Origin: Syntrophomonadales bacterium
Lineage (GTDB): Bacteria > Bacillota > Syntrophomonadia > Syntrophomonadales > DTU052
Direction: 5' to 3'
Length of the DNA stretch: 64,000 nt
NCBI GenBank assembly: GCA_050951725.1
Contig: JBMNJO010000024.1
Span: forward strand, 320,613 to 384,612
Shown here: positions 1 through 9,355 of the stretch, one piece after another
Position numbering within the stretch: position 1 is the stretch's first letter
Layout of the letters: each line of letters opens with the position of its first letter
The notes under the pieces: model-generated
What the model was told of the DNA's origin: nothing
Databases searched by the model: none
What the model saw: the letters and a program-made list of their open reading frames with translations, nothing else
Program-made: the position numbers and the translations under genes

Positions 1-6
1 ATATAT

Positions 7-91
7 GGAGGGATACCCAAGTGGCTAAAGGGGGCAGACTGTAAATCTGTTGGCACCGCCTTCGCTGGTTCGAATCCAGCTCCCTCCACCA
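7..91 (+). tRNA. tRNA-Tyr (anticodon GTA), long variable arm, CCA encoded
   Basis: Hand-folded cloverleaf: acceptor GGAGGGA/TCCCTCC, anticodon stem GCAGA/TCTGT with loop CTGTAAA, T-loop GGTTCGAATCC, 3' ACCA. Confidence 0.85.
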
Positions 92-144
92 TAATATTGA
101 CAGCAATCATAATTTGAATATAATTAAACATCGAAGTCGTACAT

Positions 145-220
<76 letters not shown>

Positions 221-230
221 TGATTATTTC

Positions 231-306
231 GCCCATATAGCTCAGTCGGCAGAGCGTATCCTTGGTAAGGATAAGGTCACCGGTTCAAGTCCGGTTATGG
301 GCTCCA
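231..306 (+). tRNA. tRNA-Thr (anticodon GGT)
   Basis: Acceptor GCCCATA/TATGGGC, anticodon stem TATCC/GGATA with loop TTGGTAA, T-loop GGTTCAAGTCC, TCCA end. Confidence 0.85.
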
Positions 307-313
307 TCGATAT

Positions 314-390
314 GGCGGTGTAGCTCAGTTGGCTAGAGCATGCGGTTCATACCCGCAGTGTCCGGGGTTCAAATCCCTGCACCGCTACCA
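314..390 (+). tRNA. Elongator tRNA-Met (anticodon CAT). A lysidine-modified tRNA-Ile2 cannot be excluded by eye
   Basis: Acceptor GGCGGTG/CACCGCT, anticodon stem TGCGG/CCGCA with loop TTCATAC, T-loop GGTTCAAATCC, ACCA end. The ORF-track entry 329..553 overlapping it is spurious. Confidence 0.75.
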
Positions 391-399
391 CGCAAGGTC

Positions 400-430
400 A
401 GGAAGTGGGTATACCTCACTTCCTTTTTTG
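400..430 (+). terminator. Rho-independent terminator after the tRNA cluster
   Basis: Hairpin AGGAAGTG-GGTATACC-CACTTCCT followed by TTTTTT. Confidence 0.7.
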
Positions 431-533
431 TACTTAAGCTTATCTGTTTGTGAGGCCGTTAGTTTAAGCAGGAATTTGGGTATTAACATAGAAGTAAGCC
501 CAAATGATATAAGAAAGGGGAAGGTTAGCGAGA

Positions 534-1736
534 ATGGCAAAGCAGAAATATGAAAGGACTAAACCGCACGTAAACATAGGTACCATCGGTCACGTAGACC
601 ACGGCAAGACAACCCTGACCGCAGCGATAACCCTTACTTTGTCTACGAAAGGAAGCGCCAAAGCTACCTCTTATGAAGAGATTGACAAGGCCCCCGAAGA
701 AAGAGAAAGAGGAATAACCATCAACACCTCCCACGTGGAATATGAGACTGAGCATCGGCACTATGCGCACGTGGACTGCCCGGGGCACGCTGACTACATC
801 AAGAACATGATCACCGGAGCGGCCCAGATGGACGGAGCCATCCTGGTGGTATCAGCCGCTGATGGCCCTATGCCTCAGACCCGGGAACACATCGTTCTGG
901 CCCGGCAGGTTGGTGTACCCTATATCGTTGTATTCATGAACAAAACCGACATGGTCGATGATGAAGAGCTCCTCGAACTGGTCGAAATGGAAGTAAGAGA
1001 CCTCTTGAATGAATACGAGTTTCCCGGAGATGACGTCCCGGTTATCCAGGGTTCAGCCCTCAAAGCTCTGCAATGCGGCTGCGGGGGGCGGGAATGCCCT
1101 AACTGTAAGGCCATATGGGAACTGATGGATGCGGTGGACGAATATGTACCACTGCCGGAGAGAGCTGTAGACAAGCCTTTCCTGATGCCGATCGAGGACG
1201 TATTCACCATCACCGGCAGAGGCACCGTAACTACCGGCAGGGTAGAAAGAGGCCAGGTCAAGGTAGGAGACGAGGTGGAGATTGTAGGGATGAGAGACGC
1301 CACCCGCAAAACAGTCTGCACTGGAGTCGAGATGTTCAGAAAGCTCCTCGACTATGCTCAGGCTGGAGACAACATCGGCACCCTTCTCCGCGGGGTAGAC
1401 CGTCGCGAAGTCGAGCGGGGAATGGTACTGGCCAAGCCCGGTTCCATCAAGCCGCATGTTAATTTTAACGCCGAAGTATACGTGCTGACCAAAGAAGAAG
1501 GTGGCAGACATACCCCGTTCTTTCCGGGATACCGGCCACAATTCTATTTCCGCACCACTGACGTAACCGGAGTAATCACTCTGCCCGAAGGAGTAGAGAT
1601 GGTAATGCCGGGTGACAACATCCAGATGGCGATCGAACTGATAACCCCCATAGCCATAGAAGAGGGGTTAAGGTTTGCGATCCGTGAAGGTGGAAGAACC
1701 GTAGGTGCCGGAGTAGTTACCGGAATCAGCGAATAG
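534..1736 (+). CDS. tuf: Elongation factor Tu, copy 1
   Basis: 400-aa ORF with GTPase motifs [14 protein letters not shown] and NKTD. It differs from the copy at 16277 at three residues. The position after a tRNA cluster resembles the tufB arrangement. Confidence 0.98.
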   Translation: MAKQKYERTKPHVNIGTIGHVDHGKTTLTAAITLTLSTKGSAKATSYEEIDKAPEERERGITINTSHVEYETEHRHYAHVDCPGHADYIKNMITGAAQMDGAILVVSAADGPMPQTREHIVLARQVGVPYIVVFMNKTDMVDDEELLELVEMEVRDLLNEYEFPGDDVPVIQGSALKALQCGCGGRECPNCKAIWELMDAVDEYVPLPERAVDKPFLMPIEDVFTITGRGTVTTGRVERGQVKVGDEVEIVGMRDATRKTVCTGVEMFRKLLDYAQAGDNIGTLLRGVDRREVERGMVLAKPGSIKPHVNFNAEVYVLTKEEGGRHTPFFPGYRPQFYFRTTDVTGVITLPEGVEMVMPGDNIQMAIELITPIAIEEGLRFAIREGGRTVGAGVVTGISE

Positions 1737-1773
1737 CCTGTTAACCTCACAGCAAAAGACTTTGCAGAATCAG

Positions 1774-1799
1774 GACAGGGTGTGTAGAACCCTGTCTTT
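1774..1799 (+). terminator. Weak terminator-like hairpin after tuf copy 1
   Basis: GACAGGGT-loop-ACCCTGTC followed by only TTT. Confidence 0.4.
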
Positions 1800-1803
1800 G
1801 ATG

Positions 1804-1833
1804 TTGACATACAGGTTTTGGTTATGATAGATT
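1804..1833 (+). promoter_or_regulatory. Candidate sigma-A promoter for rpmG-secE-nusG
   Basis: TTGACA (1804-1809), 18-nt spacer ending in TGA, then TAGATT (1828-1833), an extended -10 type. Confidence 0.45.
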
Positions 1834-1866
1834 AAATGTTGCGATTGTTTTACAGGAGGTGCCAAT

Positions 1867-2016
1867 ATGCGGGTCGCTGTTACTATGTCCTGCACGCAGT
1901 GCAAACAAAGAAATTACATGACCACCAAAGATAAGAAAAAACATCCGGAAAAACTTGAGCTCAGGAAGTATTGCCGCTTCTGTAACGAGCATACGGTTCA
2001 CAAAGAAGGCAAGTAA
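1867..2016 (+). CDS. rpmG: 50S ribosomal protein L33 (zinc-ribbon C+ form)
   Basis: Absent from the ORF track because it is only 49 aa. Hand translation: [60 protein letters not shown] 5 nt upstream. Lies between tuf and secE. Confidence 0.9.
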   Translation: MRVAVTMSCTQCKQRNYMTTKDKKKHPEKLELRKYCRFCNEHTVHKEGK

Positions 2017-2038
2017 CCCTGTAAGGTTGTGAAATTTA

Positions 2039-2356
2039 GTGGCCAATAATGAAACGAAGAATATTAATAAGAATACTAATAAGGAAAACGCGAAGGATAC
2101 ACTTAAGGGTGCTCCAAAGAACACGCCCAAGAAAAAACCTCAAGGAGCTAACGTGGGCAATCTCTGGACAAGAACGCGTGATTATCTGACCAGTGTCTAT
2201 AACGAGTTGAAGAAGGTCCATTGGCCTGATCGCCGGGCATTGGTAATGTATACCGTGGTCGTTCTGATCGCCGTAGCCCTGGTAAGTGGTCTTTTGTGGC
2301 TTTTGGATAATATAATAGGCTTCCTGTTGGATTTGGTGTTTAAGGCCTTTGCATAG
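2039..2356 (+). CDS. secE: Preprotein translocase subunit SecE (start uncertain)
   Basis: 105-aa ORF with a Lys/Asn-rich N-terminus, the KKVHWP motif and a single C-terminal TM helix. Lies between rpmG and nusG. Confidence 0.85.
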   Translation: MANNETKNINKNTNKENAKDTLKGAPKNTPKKKPQGANVGNLWTRTRDYLTSVYNELKKVHWPDRRALVMYTVVVLIAVALVSGLLWLLDNIIGFLLDLVFKAFA

Positions 2357-2400
2357 GTGGTGTTGACGTCATTCAGGATGGAGATTTTTTAAAACTCGAT

Positions 2401-2964
2401 ATGGAAGAATCTGAACCTGGCGCTGAGACCAGCACATCAGGTGACCGCAAGTGGTATGTTGTGCATACCTATTCCGGGTATGAAAACAAGGTTAAAGCCA
2501 ACCTGGAAAAGCGCGTGGAATCCATGAATATGGAGGACCAGATATTCAACGTGATCATTCCCGAGGAGGATGAGATAGAGTACAAAGGAGGCCAAAGGAA
2601 GGTCACGAAGCGCCGAATTTTTCCAGGCTATGTCATGGTTGACATGACTTTGACTGATGATTCATGGATTACGGTGAGACACACCCCAGGAGTTATCGGC
2701 TTTGTTGGAAGCGGAACCAAACCTATACCACTTCAAAAACAAGAAGTCGATAAGATTTTGCGCCATATGGGTTTAATTGGCGGCAAACCAAAGATAGACA
2801 TACAGGTTGGCCAGCATGTAAGAGTCAAGAGCGGTCCTTTCGAAAACTTCGAAGGGGTGGTTAAAGAAGTACTGGCTGACCGCGGTAAAATAAGGGTTAA
2901 TATATCAATGTTTGGTCGAGAGACTCCCATCGAACTGGAATACGAGCAGATAGACAAGATCTAA
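2401..2964 (+). CDS. nusG: Transcription termination/antitermination factor NusG
   Basis: 187-aa ORF with an NGN domain (WYVVHTYSGYENKV) and a C-terminal KOW motif (VRVKSGPFENFEGVV). Confidence 0.95.
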   Translation: MEESEPGAETSTSGDRKWYVVHTYSGYENKVKANLEKRVESMNMEDQIFNVIIPEEDEIEYKGGQRKVTKRRIFPGYVMVDMTLTDDSWITVRHTPGVIGFVGSGTKPIPLQKQEVDKILRHMGLIGGKPKIDIQVGQHVRVKSGPFENFEGVVKEVLADRGKIRVNISMFGRETPIELEYEQIDKI

Positions 2965-2979
2965 AAGGAGGTGCATCGA

Positions 2980-3405
2980 ATGGCGAAGAAGGTAATGGGA
3001 TTGGTCAAGTTACAGATACCGGCAGGAAAGGCTACACCGGCTCCCCCAGTCGGACCGGCACTGGGTCAGTACGGAGTTAACATAATGGCTTTTTGCAAGG
3101 ACTACAACTCAAGAACCGCCAATCAAGCCGGCTACATAGTACCGGTGGAGATTACTGTTTTTGAAGACAGGTCCTTCACGTTTGTGCTGAAAACCCCGCC
3201 TGCATCAGATCTTTTGAAAAAGGCTGCCGGGGTCGATAAAGGCTCCGGGGTTCCTAATAAAACCAAGACCGGTAAGGTCAGTCGTAGTAAGGTTAGAGAA
3301 ATCGCAGAACTGAAGATGCAGGATTTGAACGCTTACGACATTGAGGCGGCTGTTAAAATGGTAGAGGGAACAGCTCGCAGCATGGGGATAGAAATCACAG
3401 GGTAA
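2980..3405 (+). CDS. rplK: 50S ribosomal protein L11
   Basis: ORF 2971..3405. ATG at 2980 follows AGGAGGTG. MAKKV...[21 protein letters not shown] is the L11 signature. Confidence 0.95.
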   Translation: MAKKVMGLVKLQIPAGKATPAPPVGPALGQYGVNIMAFCKDYNSRTANQAGYIVPVEITVFEDRSFTFVLKTPPASDLLKKAAGVDKGSGVPNKTKTGKVSRSKVREIAELKMQDLNAYDIEAAVKMVEGTARSMGIEITG

Positions 3406-3463
3406 TAGTCAGGTTTCACTAGGTGGGAGGATATAATCCGCAAATACCACAGGAGGGAAGAGC

Positions 3464-4165
3464 ATGAAGAGAGGCAAGAATTACCAAGAGGCACAAAAAC
3501 AGATTGATAACGAAAAGCTCTACGATCCGCAGGAAGCCCTGCAAAAGGTTAAAGAGCTGTCCCGGGCCAAATTTGATGAGACTATTGAGGTTCACATTAA
3601 GCTGGGAGTAGACCCCCGTCACGCGGATCAGCAGGTCAGGGGTACGGTGAGCCTGCCCCATGGAACCGGCAAAACCCGCAGGGTACTGGTCTTTGCCAAA
3701 GGCGACAAAGCCAAAGAAGCGGAACAAGCCGGAGCTGATTTTGTTGGTGCTGAGGACCTGCAGGAGAAGATCCAGGGTGGATGGCTGGATTTCGACGTCG
3801 CGGTAGCTACCCCTGATATGATGTCAGTGGTGGGCCGACTCGGAAAGATCCTGGGACCTCGTGGATTGATGCCCAACCCGAAATCAGGCACCGTTACTTT
3901 TGATATAGCACGTACCATCAAGGAACTGAAAGCAGGGAGAATTGAGTATAGGGTTGATAAAACCGCTATCATTCACGCCCCGATAGGGAAGGTATCTTTT
4001 TCTCTGGAAGCCCTTGAAGAGAATTTCAATGCATTCGCTGATGCTCTGATTAAGGCTAAACCAGCCGCAGCCAAAGGCCAATACATGAGATCAATCAGCG
4101 TGTGCTCAACTATGGGCCCCGGTATCCGGATGAACCCAATAGTGGTAATGCAAAAAGGCAAATAA
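3464..4165 (+). CDS. rplA: 50S ribosomal protein L1
   Basis: 233-aa ORF with typical L1 sequence ([24 protein letters not shown]). Confidence 0.95.
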   Translation: MKRGKNYQEAQKQIDNEKLYDPQEALQKVKELSRAKFDETIEVHIKLGVDPRHADQQVRGTVSLPHGTGKTRRVLVFAKGDKAKEAEQAGADFVGAEDLQEKIQGGWLDFDVAVATPDMMSVVGRLGKILGPRGLMPNPKSGTVTFDIARTIKELKAGRIEYRVDKTAIIHAPIGKVSFSLEALEENFNAFADALIKAKPAAAKGQYMRSISVCSTMGPGIRMNPIVVMQKGK

Positions 4166-4189
4166 CCGATTGTCTGAAAACAAATAATC

Positions 4190-4305
4190 AGTTGGCTGTA
4201 GACAGCGGGTGGCCCCCGGCCTTAATTCCCCGCCGAGGTTAACGCTCAGGTTGGAAAACAATACAACCTCTGTGCTATACCTTGGTGCAGAGGTTTTTTA
4301 TTTCG
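4190..4305 (+). promoter_or_regulatory. Structured leader upstream of rplJ (L10-leader-like autoregulatory attenuator)
   Basis: 162-nt rplA-rplJ spacer ending in hairpin CCTCTG...CAGAGG followed by TTTTTTA (about 4264-4299). The position matches the known Firmicutes L10 leader. The motif was not verified by a covariance model. Confidence 0.5.
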
Positions 4306-4327
4306 TGCAAGGGAGGTGAAAAGTTAA

Positions 4328-4852
4328 GTGTCAAACCTTGAGGCAAAAAAACAAGCAGTCCAGGAGATCCAGAGCCGTCTTCAAGAGGCTAATCTAGTGG
4401 TTTTTACCGATTATCGGGGCTTGAATGTAGGCGAAATGAATGAACTCCGGGGCAAGCTTAAAGCTGCAGGAGCTGAGTACAAGGTCGTTAAGAATACCCT
4501 GACCCGATTTGCCTTGCAGAACATCGGGTTGGAAGAAATGGTACCCTATACAGAAGGCCCCAACGCCGTGCTGTTCAGCACCAACGAACCGGTGGAACCC
4601 GCCAAAATACTTTTTGACTTTGCCAGGACCCATAAGAACCTGGAGGTAAAAGTTGGCATACTGGAGGGAAATGTAATCGGAGTTGACCAGATCAAGGGTC
4701 TCTCAACATTACCTTCAAGAGAGGTTTTGATTGCCCAGGTCCTAGGCGGTCTGCAGGCACCGTTATATGGTTTTGCCTATGTACTCAAGGCCAACCTTTC
4801 AGGTTTGGTAAGGGCTCTGGATGCCATACGCGAACAAAAGGAAGCATCATAA
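4328..4852 (+). CDS. rplJ: 50S ribosomal protein L10
   Basis: 174-aa ORF with GTG start. L10 family sequence and position before rplL. Confidence 0.93.
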   Translation: MSNLEAKKQAVQEIQSRLQEANLVVFTDYRGLNVGEMNELRGKLKAAGAEYKVVKNTLTRFALQNIGLEEMVPYTEGPNAVLFSTNEPVEPAKILFDFARTHKNLEVKVGILEGNVIGVDQIKGLSTLPSREVLIAQVLGGLQAPLYGFAYVLKANLSGLVRALDAIREQKEAS

Positions 4853-4884
4853 GAATAAAAAATTGACAGGAGGTAGTATAAAGA

Positions 4885-5265
4885 ATGAGTAAAGTGCAGG
4901 AAGTAATTGATCTGGTTAAAGGTTTGACAGTATTGGAACTGGCAGAACTGGTTAAGGCTCTGGAAGAGGAGTTTGGGGTAAGCGCGGCCGCTCCGGTTGC
5001 TGTAGCTGCTGCACCAGCTGCTGCCGGAGCCGCAGCTGAGCCGGTCGAAGAGCAGACCGAATTTGATGTAATACTTACCGCAATCGGCGAGAAGAAGGTC
5101 AACGTGATCAAGGTGGTAAGAGAGTTGACTTCTCTGGGACTGAAGGAAGCCAAGGAACTTGTTGACTCAGCTCCCGCACCCATTAAGGAAAAAATCAGCA
5201 AGCAGGAAGCAGAAGAGATTAAAGCCAAATTGGAAGAGGCTGGAGGAACCGCTCAAATCAAATAA
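4885..5265 (+). CDS. rplL: 50S ribosomal protein L7/L12
   Basis: 126-aa ORF with an Ala/Pro-rich hinge and the C-terminal domain [19 protein letters not shown]. Confidence 0.97.
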   Translation: MSKVQEVIDLVKGLTVLELAELVKALEEEFGVSAAAPVAVAAAPAAAGAAAEPVEEQTEFDVILTAIGEKKVNVIKVVRELTSLGLKEAKELVDSAPAPIKEKISKQEAEEIKAKLEEAGGTAQIK

Positions 5266-5290
5266 TCCTGCTGACAACAGAATGGAGATA

Positions 5291-5319
5291 AAAACACGCT
5301 TAACCGAGCGTGTTTTTTC
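5291..5319 (+). terminator. Rho-independent terminator/attenuator after rplL
   Basis: AAAACACGCT-TAACCG-AGCGTGTTTT followed by TT. Confidence 0.75.
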
Positions 5320-5384
5320 ATGAGCGCAAGGTTTAGGCGGACAGGGAACAATCCTGACTTTGACAACCCAGCAGCATAAAAACA

Positions 5385-5416
5385 GGCCGCAGCCCTTATC
5401 GATAAAGGGTTGCGGC
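5385..5416. repeat. 32-nt near-perfect palindrome
   Basis: GGCCGCAGCCCTT ATCGAT AAGGGTTGCGGCC, with one G-T pair in the stem. No flanking T-run. Confidence 0.7.
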
Positions 5417-5458
5417 CCCTTTGGGTCCACACAAATATGTAGGGCAACGACCTGGCTC

Positions 5459-5575
5459 TTTCGGGGACATCATACTAAATTATTCTGGCGGATTTGTATT
5501 CGGGGCACCATAGTAAATTATTCTGGCGGATTTTGTATTCGGGGACACCATGCTAAACCTTTCTGGCGGATGAAT
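5459..5575 (+). repeat. Three tandem 39-bp repeats
   Basis: Units at 5459-5497, 5498-5536 and 5537-5575. Each starts with TTCGGGG(A)CA(C)CAT and contains TTCTGGCGGAT. Confidence 0.9.
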
Positions 5576-5588
5576 CCTCCCTATTAAA

Positions 5589-5640
5589 TATGGTGTCCCC
5601 AAAATAGCCTGGAATGGTATCCCCGAAATACCGAAATAGC
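5589..5640 (-). repeat. Two inverted copies of the 14-nt repeat core
   Basis: ATGGTGTCCCCAAA (5589-5602) and ATGGTATCCCCGAA (5613-5626) are reverse complements of TTCGGGGACACCAT. AAATAGCC follows both, directly after the first (5601-5608) and after a short gap after the second (5633-5640). Confidence 0.8.
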
Positions 5641-5762
5641 CCTGTCCCTGCCCCCCGGCAGAAAACGGAAGAGAAAAGTAGTCATTGGAGTTTTAAACTT
5701 GATAGTTTTAATAAAAATAGGGTTATAATTGAAATATGTTCATCTGTTACATATAAGTATCC

Positions 5763-5791
5763 TTGACTGCCGTTAAATGCTATGATAACAT
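5763..5791 (+). promoter_or_regulatory. Candidate promoter upstream of rpoB
   Basis: TTGACT (5763-5768), 17-nt spacer, then TG-A-TAACAT (-10 at 5786-5791). Confidence 0.4.
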
Positions 5792-5930
5792 TAATACTTG
5801 CGATTCATATAACTGTCAAAGGATGTATGGATATTCAGATTCACACCGATCAGGGCACAAAAAGCGAGGTAACTAGCGACACCTTGCTTTTCACTCTTTT
5901 AGGATTACGAAAAGGGGTGAGATAAACTTA

Positions 5931-8900
5931 ATGGCTCATGTCATTAAATGCGGCAAAAGAGAGAGAGTCAGCTATGCCAGAACCACCGAGGTTATAGATC
6001 TGCCTAACCTCATCGAAGTACAGACCAACTCCTATGAATGGTTCCTTAAGGAAGGCCTGCGCGAGGCCCTTGAGGAAGTTTTCCCCATCGAAGATTACAC
6101 AGGTAAGCTTCAACTCCAATTCGTTGGCTACCATCTTGGTCAACCCAAATATGAGGTCCAGGAGTGTAAGGAACGTGATGCCAGTTACCAGGCTCCCCTC
6201 AAACTTAAGGTCAGGTTAACGGATAAAGAAACCGGAGAACTAAGAGAGTCAGATGTATATATGGGCGACTTGCCCATAATGACCGAAAAAGGAACCTTTA
6301 TTATAAACGGAGCGGAAAGGGTTGTTGTCAGCCAGCTGGTCAAATCTCCGGGAGTTTACTTCAACGAGCGTTTGGATTTGACCGGTAATGTTCTGTACGG
6401 TGCCACCATAATACCTAACCGTGGCGCCTGGTTTGAATTGGAGATGGATGCGTTCGGGGCCGTCTATACTCGTATAGACAAGACCAGGAAGATACCAGTA
6501 TCCGTATTGTTAAGGTGTCTGGGATACGAAACCAACGACGATATTCTGAAACTGTACGATAATGATGAAACCATTGCCCGTACGCTGGAAAAGGATACAA
6601 CCAGTAACCGTGAAGAGGCACTTATTGAGTTTCACCGGCGCCTGCGGCCTGGGGAACTGGCTACGGTGGAAGGTGCGGGGCAACTGCTTAACAACCTGTT
6701 CTTTGACCCCCGTCGTTATGACCTGGCGGCTGTAGGGCGTTACAAGATAAACAAGAAACTGGAGCTTACGATTCCGGACGATAACCGGCATCTTACTGTC
6801 GACGACATGACCGCGACCATTGGTTATCTCCTCAATCTGGTTAAGGGTGAGGGAAAGGTTGATGTAATCGACCATCTGGGTAACCGGAGACTGCGGTCGG
6901 TGGGTGAGCTTTTACAGAACCAGTTTCGTACTGGACTGGTCCGGATGGAAAGGGTAGTCAAGGAGCGGATGAGTATTCACGATGTTGAAACTCTGACTCC
7001 CCAGGTGCTGATTAACATAAGACCTATTACTGCTGTTGTCAAAGAGTTTTTTGGAAGTTCCCAGCTTTCTCAGTTTATGGATCAGACCAACCCGCTGGCG
7101 GAACTTACTCATAAAAGACGTTTATCAGCGCTTGGTCCTGGAGGCTTGACCCGGGAAAGGGCTGGTTTCCAGGTTCGAGACGTGCATCACTCTCACTATG
7201 GCCGGGTGTGTCCCATTGAAACACCTGAAGGCCCGAACATAGGATTGATCGGTTCCTTGAGTACGTACGCCCGGGTTAATCGGTTTGGCTTTATTGAGAC
7301 CCCGTATCGCAAGGTTGATAAAGCCGAAAAGAGGGTGACGGGCGAGATTATATATCTCTCGGCCGATGAAGAAGAGGATTATGTAATTGCGCAGGCCAAT
7401 GCCCCAATTGATGATCAGGGGTATTTTACCCAGGACCGGGTCAATGTTCACAAGGGATCAGAGTATTTTGAAACCCCGGTCGAGCGGGTTGATTTTATGG
7501 ACGTATCGCCCAAACAGGTATTCAGCGTGGCTACAGCGCTGATTCCGTTCCTGGAACACGACGACGCTAACCGGGCATTGATGGGAGCCAACATGCAACG
7601 GCAGGCAGTGCCCCTGATAAAAGCAGAGGCACCCCTGGTTGGAACCGGTCTCGAGTACAAAGCAGCCAAGGACTCGGGCGCGGTCGTGCTGGCACGCAAA
7701 TCGGGCACTATCAAAAAAGTCAGCGCCAGAAGGATTGAGACCAGAAACGATGACGGGACCACAGATCATTTTGATCTCTTGAAATTCGCGCGCTCCAATC
7801 ATGGGACTTCCATAAACCAGCGTCCAATCGTTGCTGAGGGCCAGCGCGTGGAAGCCGGCGAGGTTATTGCGGACGGACCTTCAACCGATCAGGGTGAATT
7901 GGCTTTGGGCCGCAATGTATTGGTCGCGTTCATGCCCTGGGAAGGTTACAACTATGAGGATGCCATTCTGATTTCAGAAAAACTTGTGATGGAAGATGTG
8001 TTTACTTCCATTCACATTGAGGAATATGAATGTGAGGCCCGCGATACGAAATTGGGACCGGAGGAGATTACCCGGGATATCCCCAACGTATCAGAGGACA
8101 TGCTGAAAAATCTTGATGAACGCGGTGTAATAAGGATTGGAGCCGAGGTCAACGCCGATGACATCCTGGTGGGTAAAGTTACTCCCAAGGGTGAAACCGA
8201 GCTTACTCCGGAGGAACGGTTGTTAAGGGCCATTTTCGGGGAAAAGGCCCGGGAAGTAAGGGATTCTTCATTAAGAGTTCCTCATGGAGAATCGGGAAAA
8301 ATTGTGGATGTGAAGGTGTTTTCCCGGGAAAATGGGGATGAATTGCCCCCTGGAGTAAGTCAGCTGGTCCGCGTTTATGTGGCCCAAAAAAGGAAAATCT
8401 CTGAAGGCGACAAGATGGCCGGGCGCCATGGAAACAAAGGGGTAATATCACGGATTATTCCGGTAGAGGATATGCCCTTCCTGCCTGATGGAACACCGGT
8501 TGAGATAGTATTGAACCCGCTGGGGGTTCCTTCCCGTATGAATATCGGTCAGGTACTGGAATGTCACCTGGGATGGGTTGCCAAGGCGCTCGGTTTTTAT
8601 GCGGCAACCCCGGTATTTGACGGAGCCATAGAGGAAGACATATTTGAAAATCTGGCCGATGCCGGGCTGCGTGATGACGGTAAGATAGAACTCCGCGACG
8701 GAAGGACCGGTCATAAGTTTGATAACCCGGTGACTGTTGGATATGTTTATATGCTTAAACTTGCCCACCTGGTGGATGATAAGATACATGCGCGGTCCAT
8801 AGGGCCGTATTCTCTGGTAACCCAGCAGCCTTTGGGCGGCAAGGCACAGTTTGGCGGTCAGAGGTTTGGTGAAATGGAGGTTTGGGCTTTAGAAGCCTAC

Positions 8901-9317
8901 GGCGCTTCTTATACGCTTCAAGAGATACTTACGGTCAAGTCCGATGATGTTGTGGGTCGCCTGAAGACCTATGAATCCATCGTTAAAGGAGAGAACATCC
9001 CTGAGCCCGGTGTTCCCGAATCATTCAAGGTATTGATCAAGGAACTTCAGAGTCTGTGCCTGGATGTGCGCATCCTTTCGGAGGATGATCACGAGATTGC
9101 TATAAAGGATGTTGATGAAGAGATCAATGAGACTGATAAGGCACGAGATTTGGGGTTGGACATCCCTATACCCCCCAGACCTGCGCGTTTGACGTCCCCC
9201 AAGAAGAGTTCGGATGAAACTGAGGAGGACGATGACGATGATGAGAAACTGTTCGCAGAAGAGGAACAGGGGGAAGATGAGACTCAAGAATTAATTACTA
9301 TTGAGGATGAATTCTAG
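5931..9317 (+). CDS. rpoB: DNA-directed RNA polymerase beta subunit
   Basis: 1128-aa ORF with conserved beta motifs ([39 protein letters not shown]) and an acidic C-terminal tail. Confidence 0.99.
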   Translation: MAHVIKCGKRERVSYARTTEVIDLPNLIEVQTNSYEWFLKEGLREALEEVFPIEDYTGKLQLQFVGYHLGQPKYEVQECKERDASYQAPLKLKVRLTDKETGELRESDVYMGDLPIMTEKGTFIINGAERVVVSQLVKSPGVYFNERLDLTGNVLYGATIIPNRGAWFELEMDAFGAVYTRIDKTRKIPVSVLLRCLGYETNDDILKLYDNDETIARTLEKDTTSNREEALIEFHRRLRPGELATVEGAGQLLNNLFFDPRRYDLAAVGRYKINKKLELTIPDDNRHLTVDDMTATIGYLLNLVKGEGKVDVIDHLGNRRLRSVGELLQNQFRTGLVRMERVVKERMSIHDVETLTPQVLINIRPITAVVKEFFGSSQLSQFMDQTNPLAELTHKRRLSALGPGGLTRERAGFQVRDVHHSHYGRVCPIETPEGPNIGLIGSLSTYARVNRFGFIETPYRKVDKAEKRVTGEIIYLSADEEEDYVIAQANAPIDDQGYFTQDRVNVHKGSEYFETPVERVDFMDVSPKQVFSVATALIPFLEHDDANRALMGANMQRQAVPLIKAEAPLVGTGLEYKAAKDSGAVVLARKSGTIKKVSARRIETRNDDGTTDHFDLLKFARSNHGTSINQRPIVAEGQRVEAGEVIADGPSTDQGELALGRNVLVAFMPWEGYNYEDAILISEKLVMEDVFTSIHIEEYECEARDTKLGPEEITRDIPNVSEDMLKNLDERGVIRIGAEVNADDILVGKVTPKGETELTPEERLLRAIFGEKAREVRDSSLRVPHGESGKIVDVKVFSRENGDELPPGVSQLVRVYVAQKRKISEGDKMAGRHGNKGVISRIIPVEDMPFLPDGTPVEIVLNPLGVPSRMNIGQVLECHLGWVAKALGFYAATPVFDGAIEEDIFENLADAGLRDDGKIELRDGRTGHKFDNPVTVGYVYMLKLAHLVDDKIHARSIGPYSLVTQQPLGGKAQFGGQRFGEMEVWALEAYGASYTLQEILTVKSDDVVGRLKTYESIVKGENIPEPGVPESFKVLIKELQSLCLDVRILSEDDHEIAIKDVDEEINETDKARDLGLDIPIPPRPARLTSPKKSSDETEEDDDDDEKLFAEEEQGEDETQELITIEDEF

Positions 9318-9355
9318 GTACCGCTTATACTCACTAGAGAAGGGAGAGTTTAAGC

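Noticed and set aside
329-553. 74-aa plus-strand ORF from the ORF track
   Set aside because: It overlaps the tRNA-Met gene and the terminator/tuf leader, and it has no RBS. It is an artefact of the open frame.
920-1541. Antisense and alternative-frame ORFs inside tuf (920..1321, 1053..1541, 1115..1462, and their twins inside tuf copy 2)
   Set aside because: They lie entirely within a highly conserved gene. Their low-complexity Ser/Arg/Pro-rich translations are typical of off-frame reading of GC-rich coding DNA.
5459-5575. Possible CRISPR array, because of the regularly spaced repeats
   Set aside because: The units are contiguous 39-bp tandem repeats with no unique spacers. There are only three copies and no cas genes nearby.
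5360-5587. 75-aa ORF spanning the 39-bp tandem repeats
   Set aside because: Its repetitive peptide (…FRGHH…FWR… repeated) simply mirrors the DNA repeats, and there is no RBS. The repeat is better explained at the DNA or RNA level.
9080-9317. Acidic C-terminal tail of RpoB (…[31 protein letters not shown]) as a possible fused domain
   Set aside because: Variable acidic C-terminal extensions of beta subunits are common in Gram-positive bacteria. Nothing in the sequence indicates a separate domain or gene fusion.
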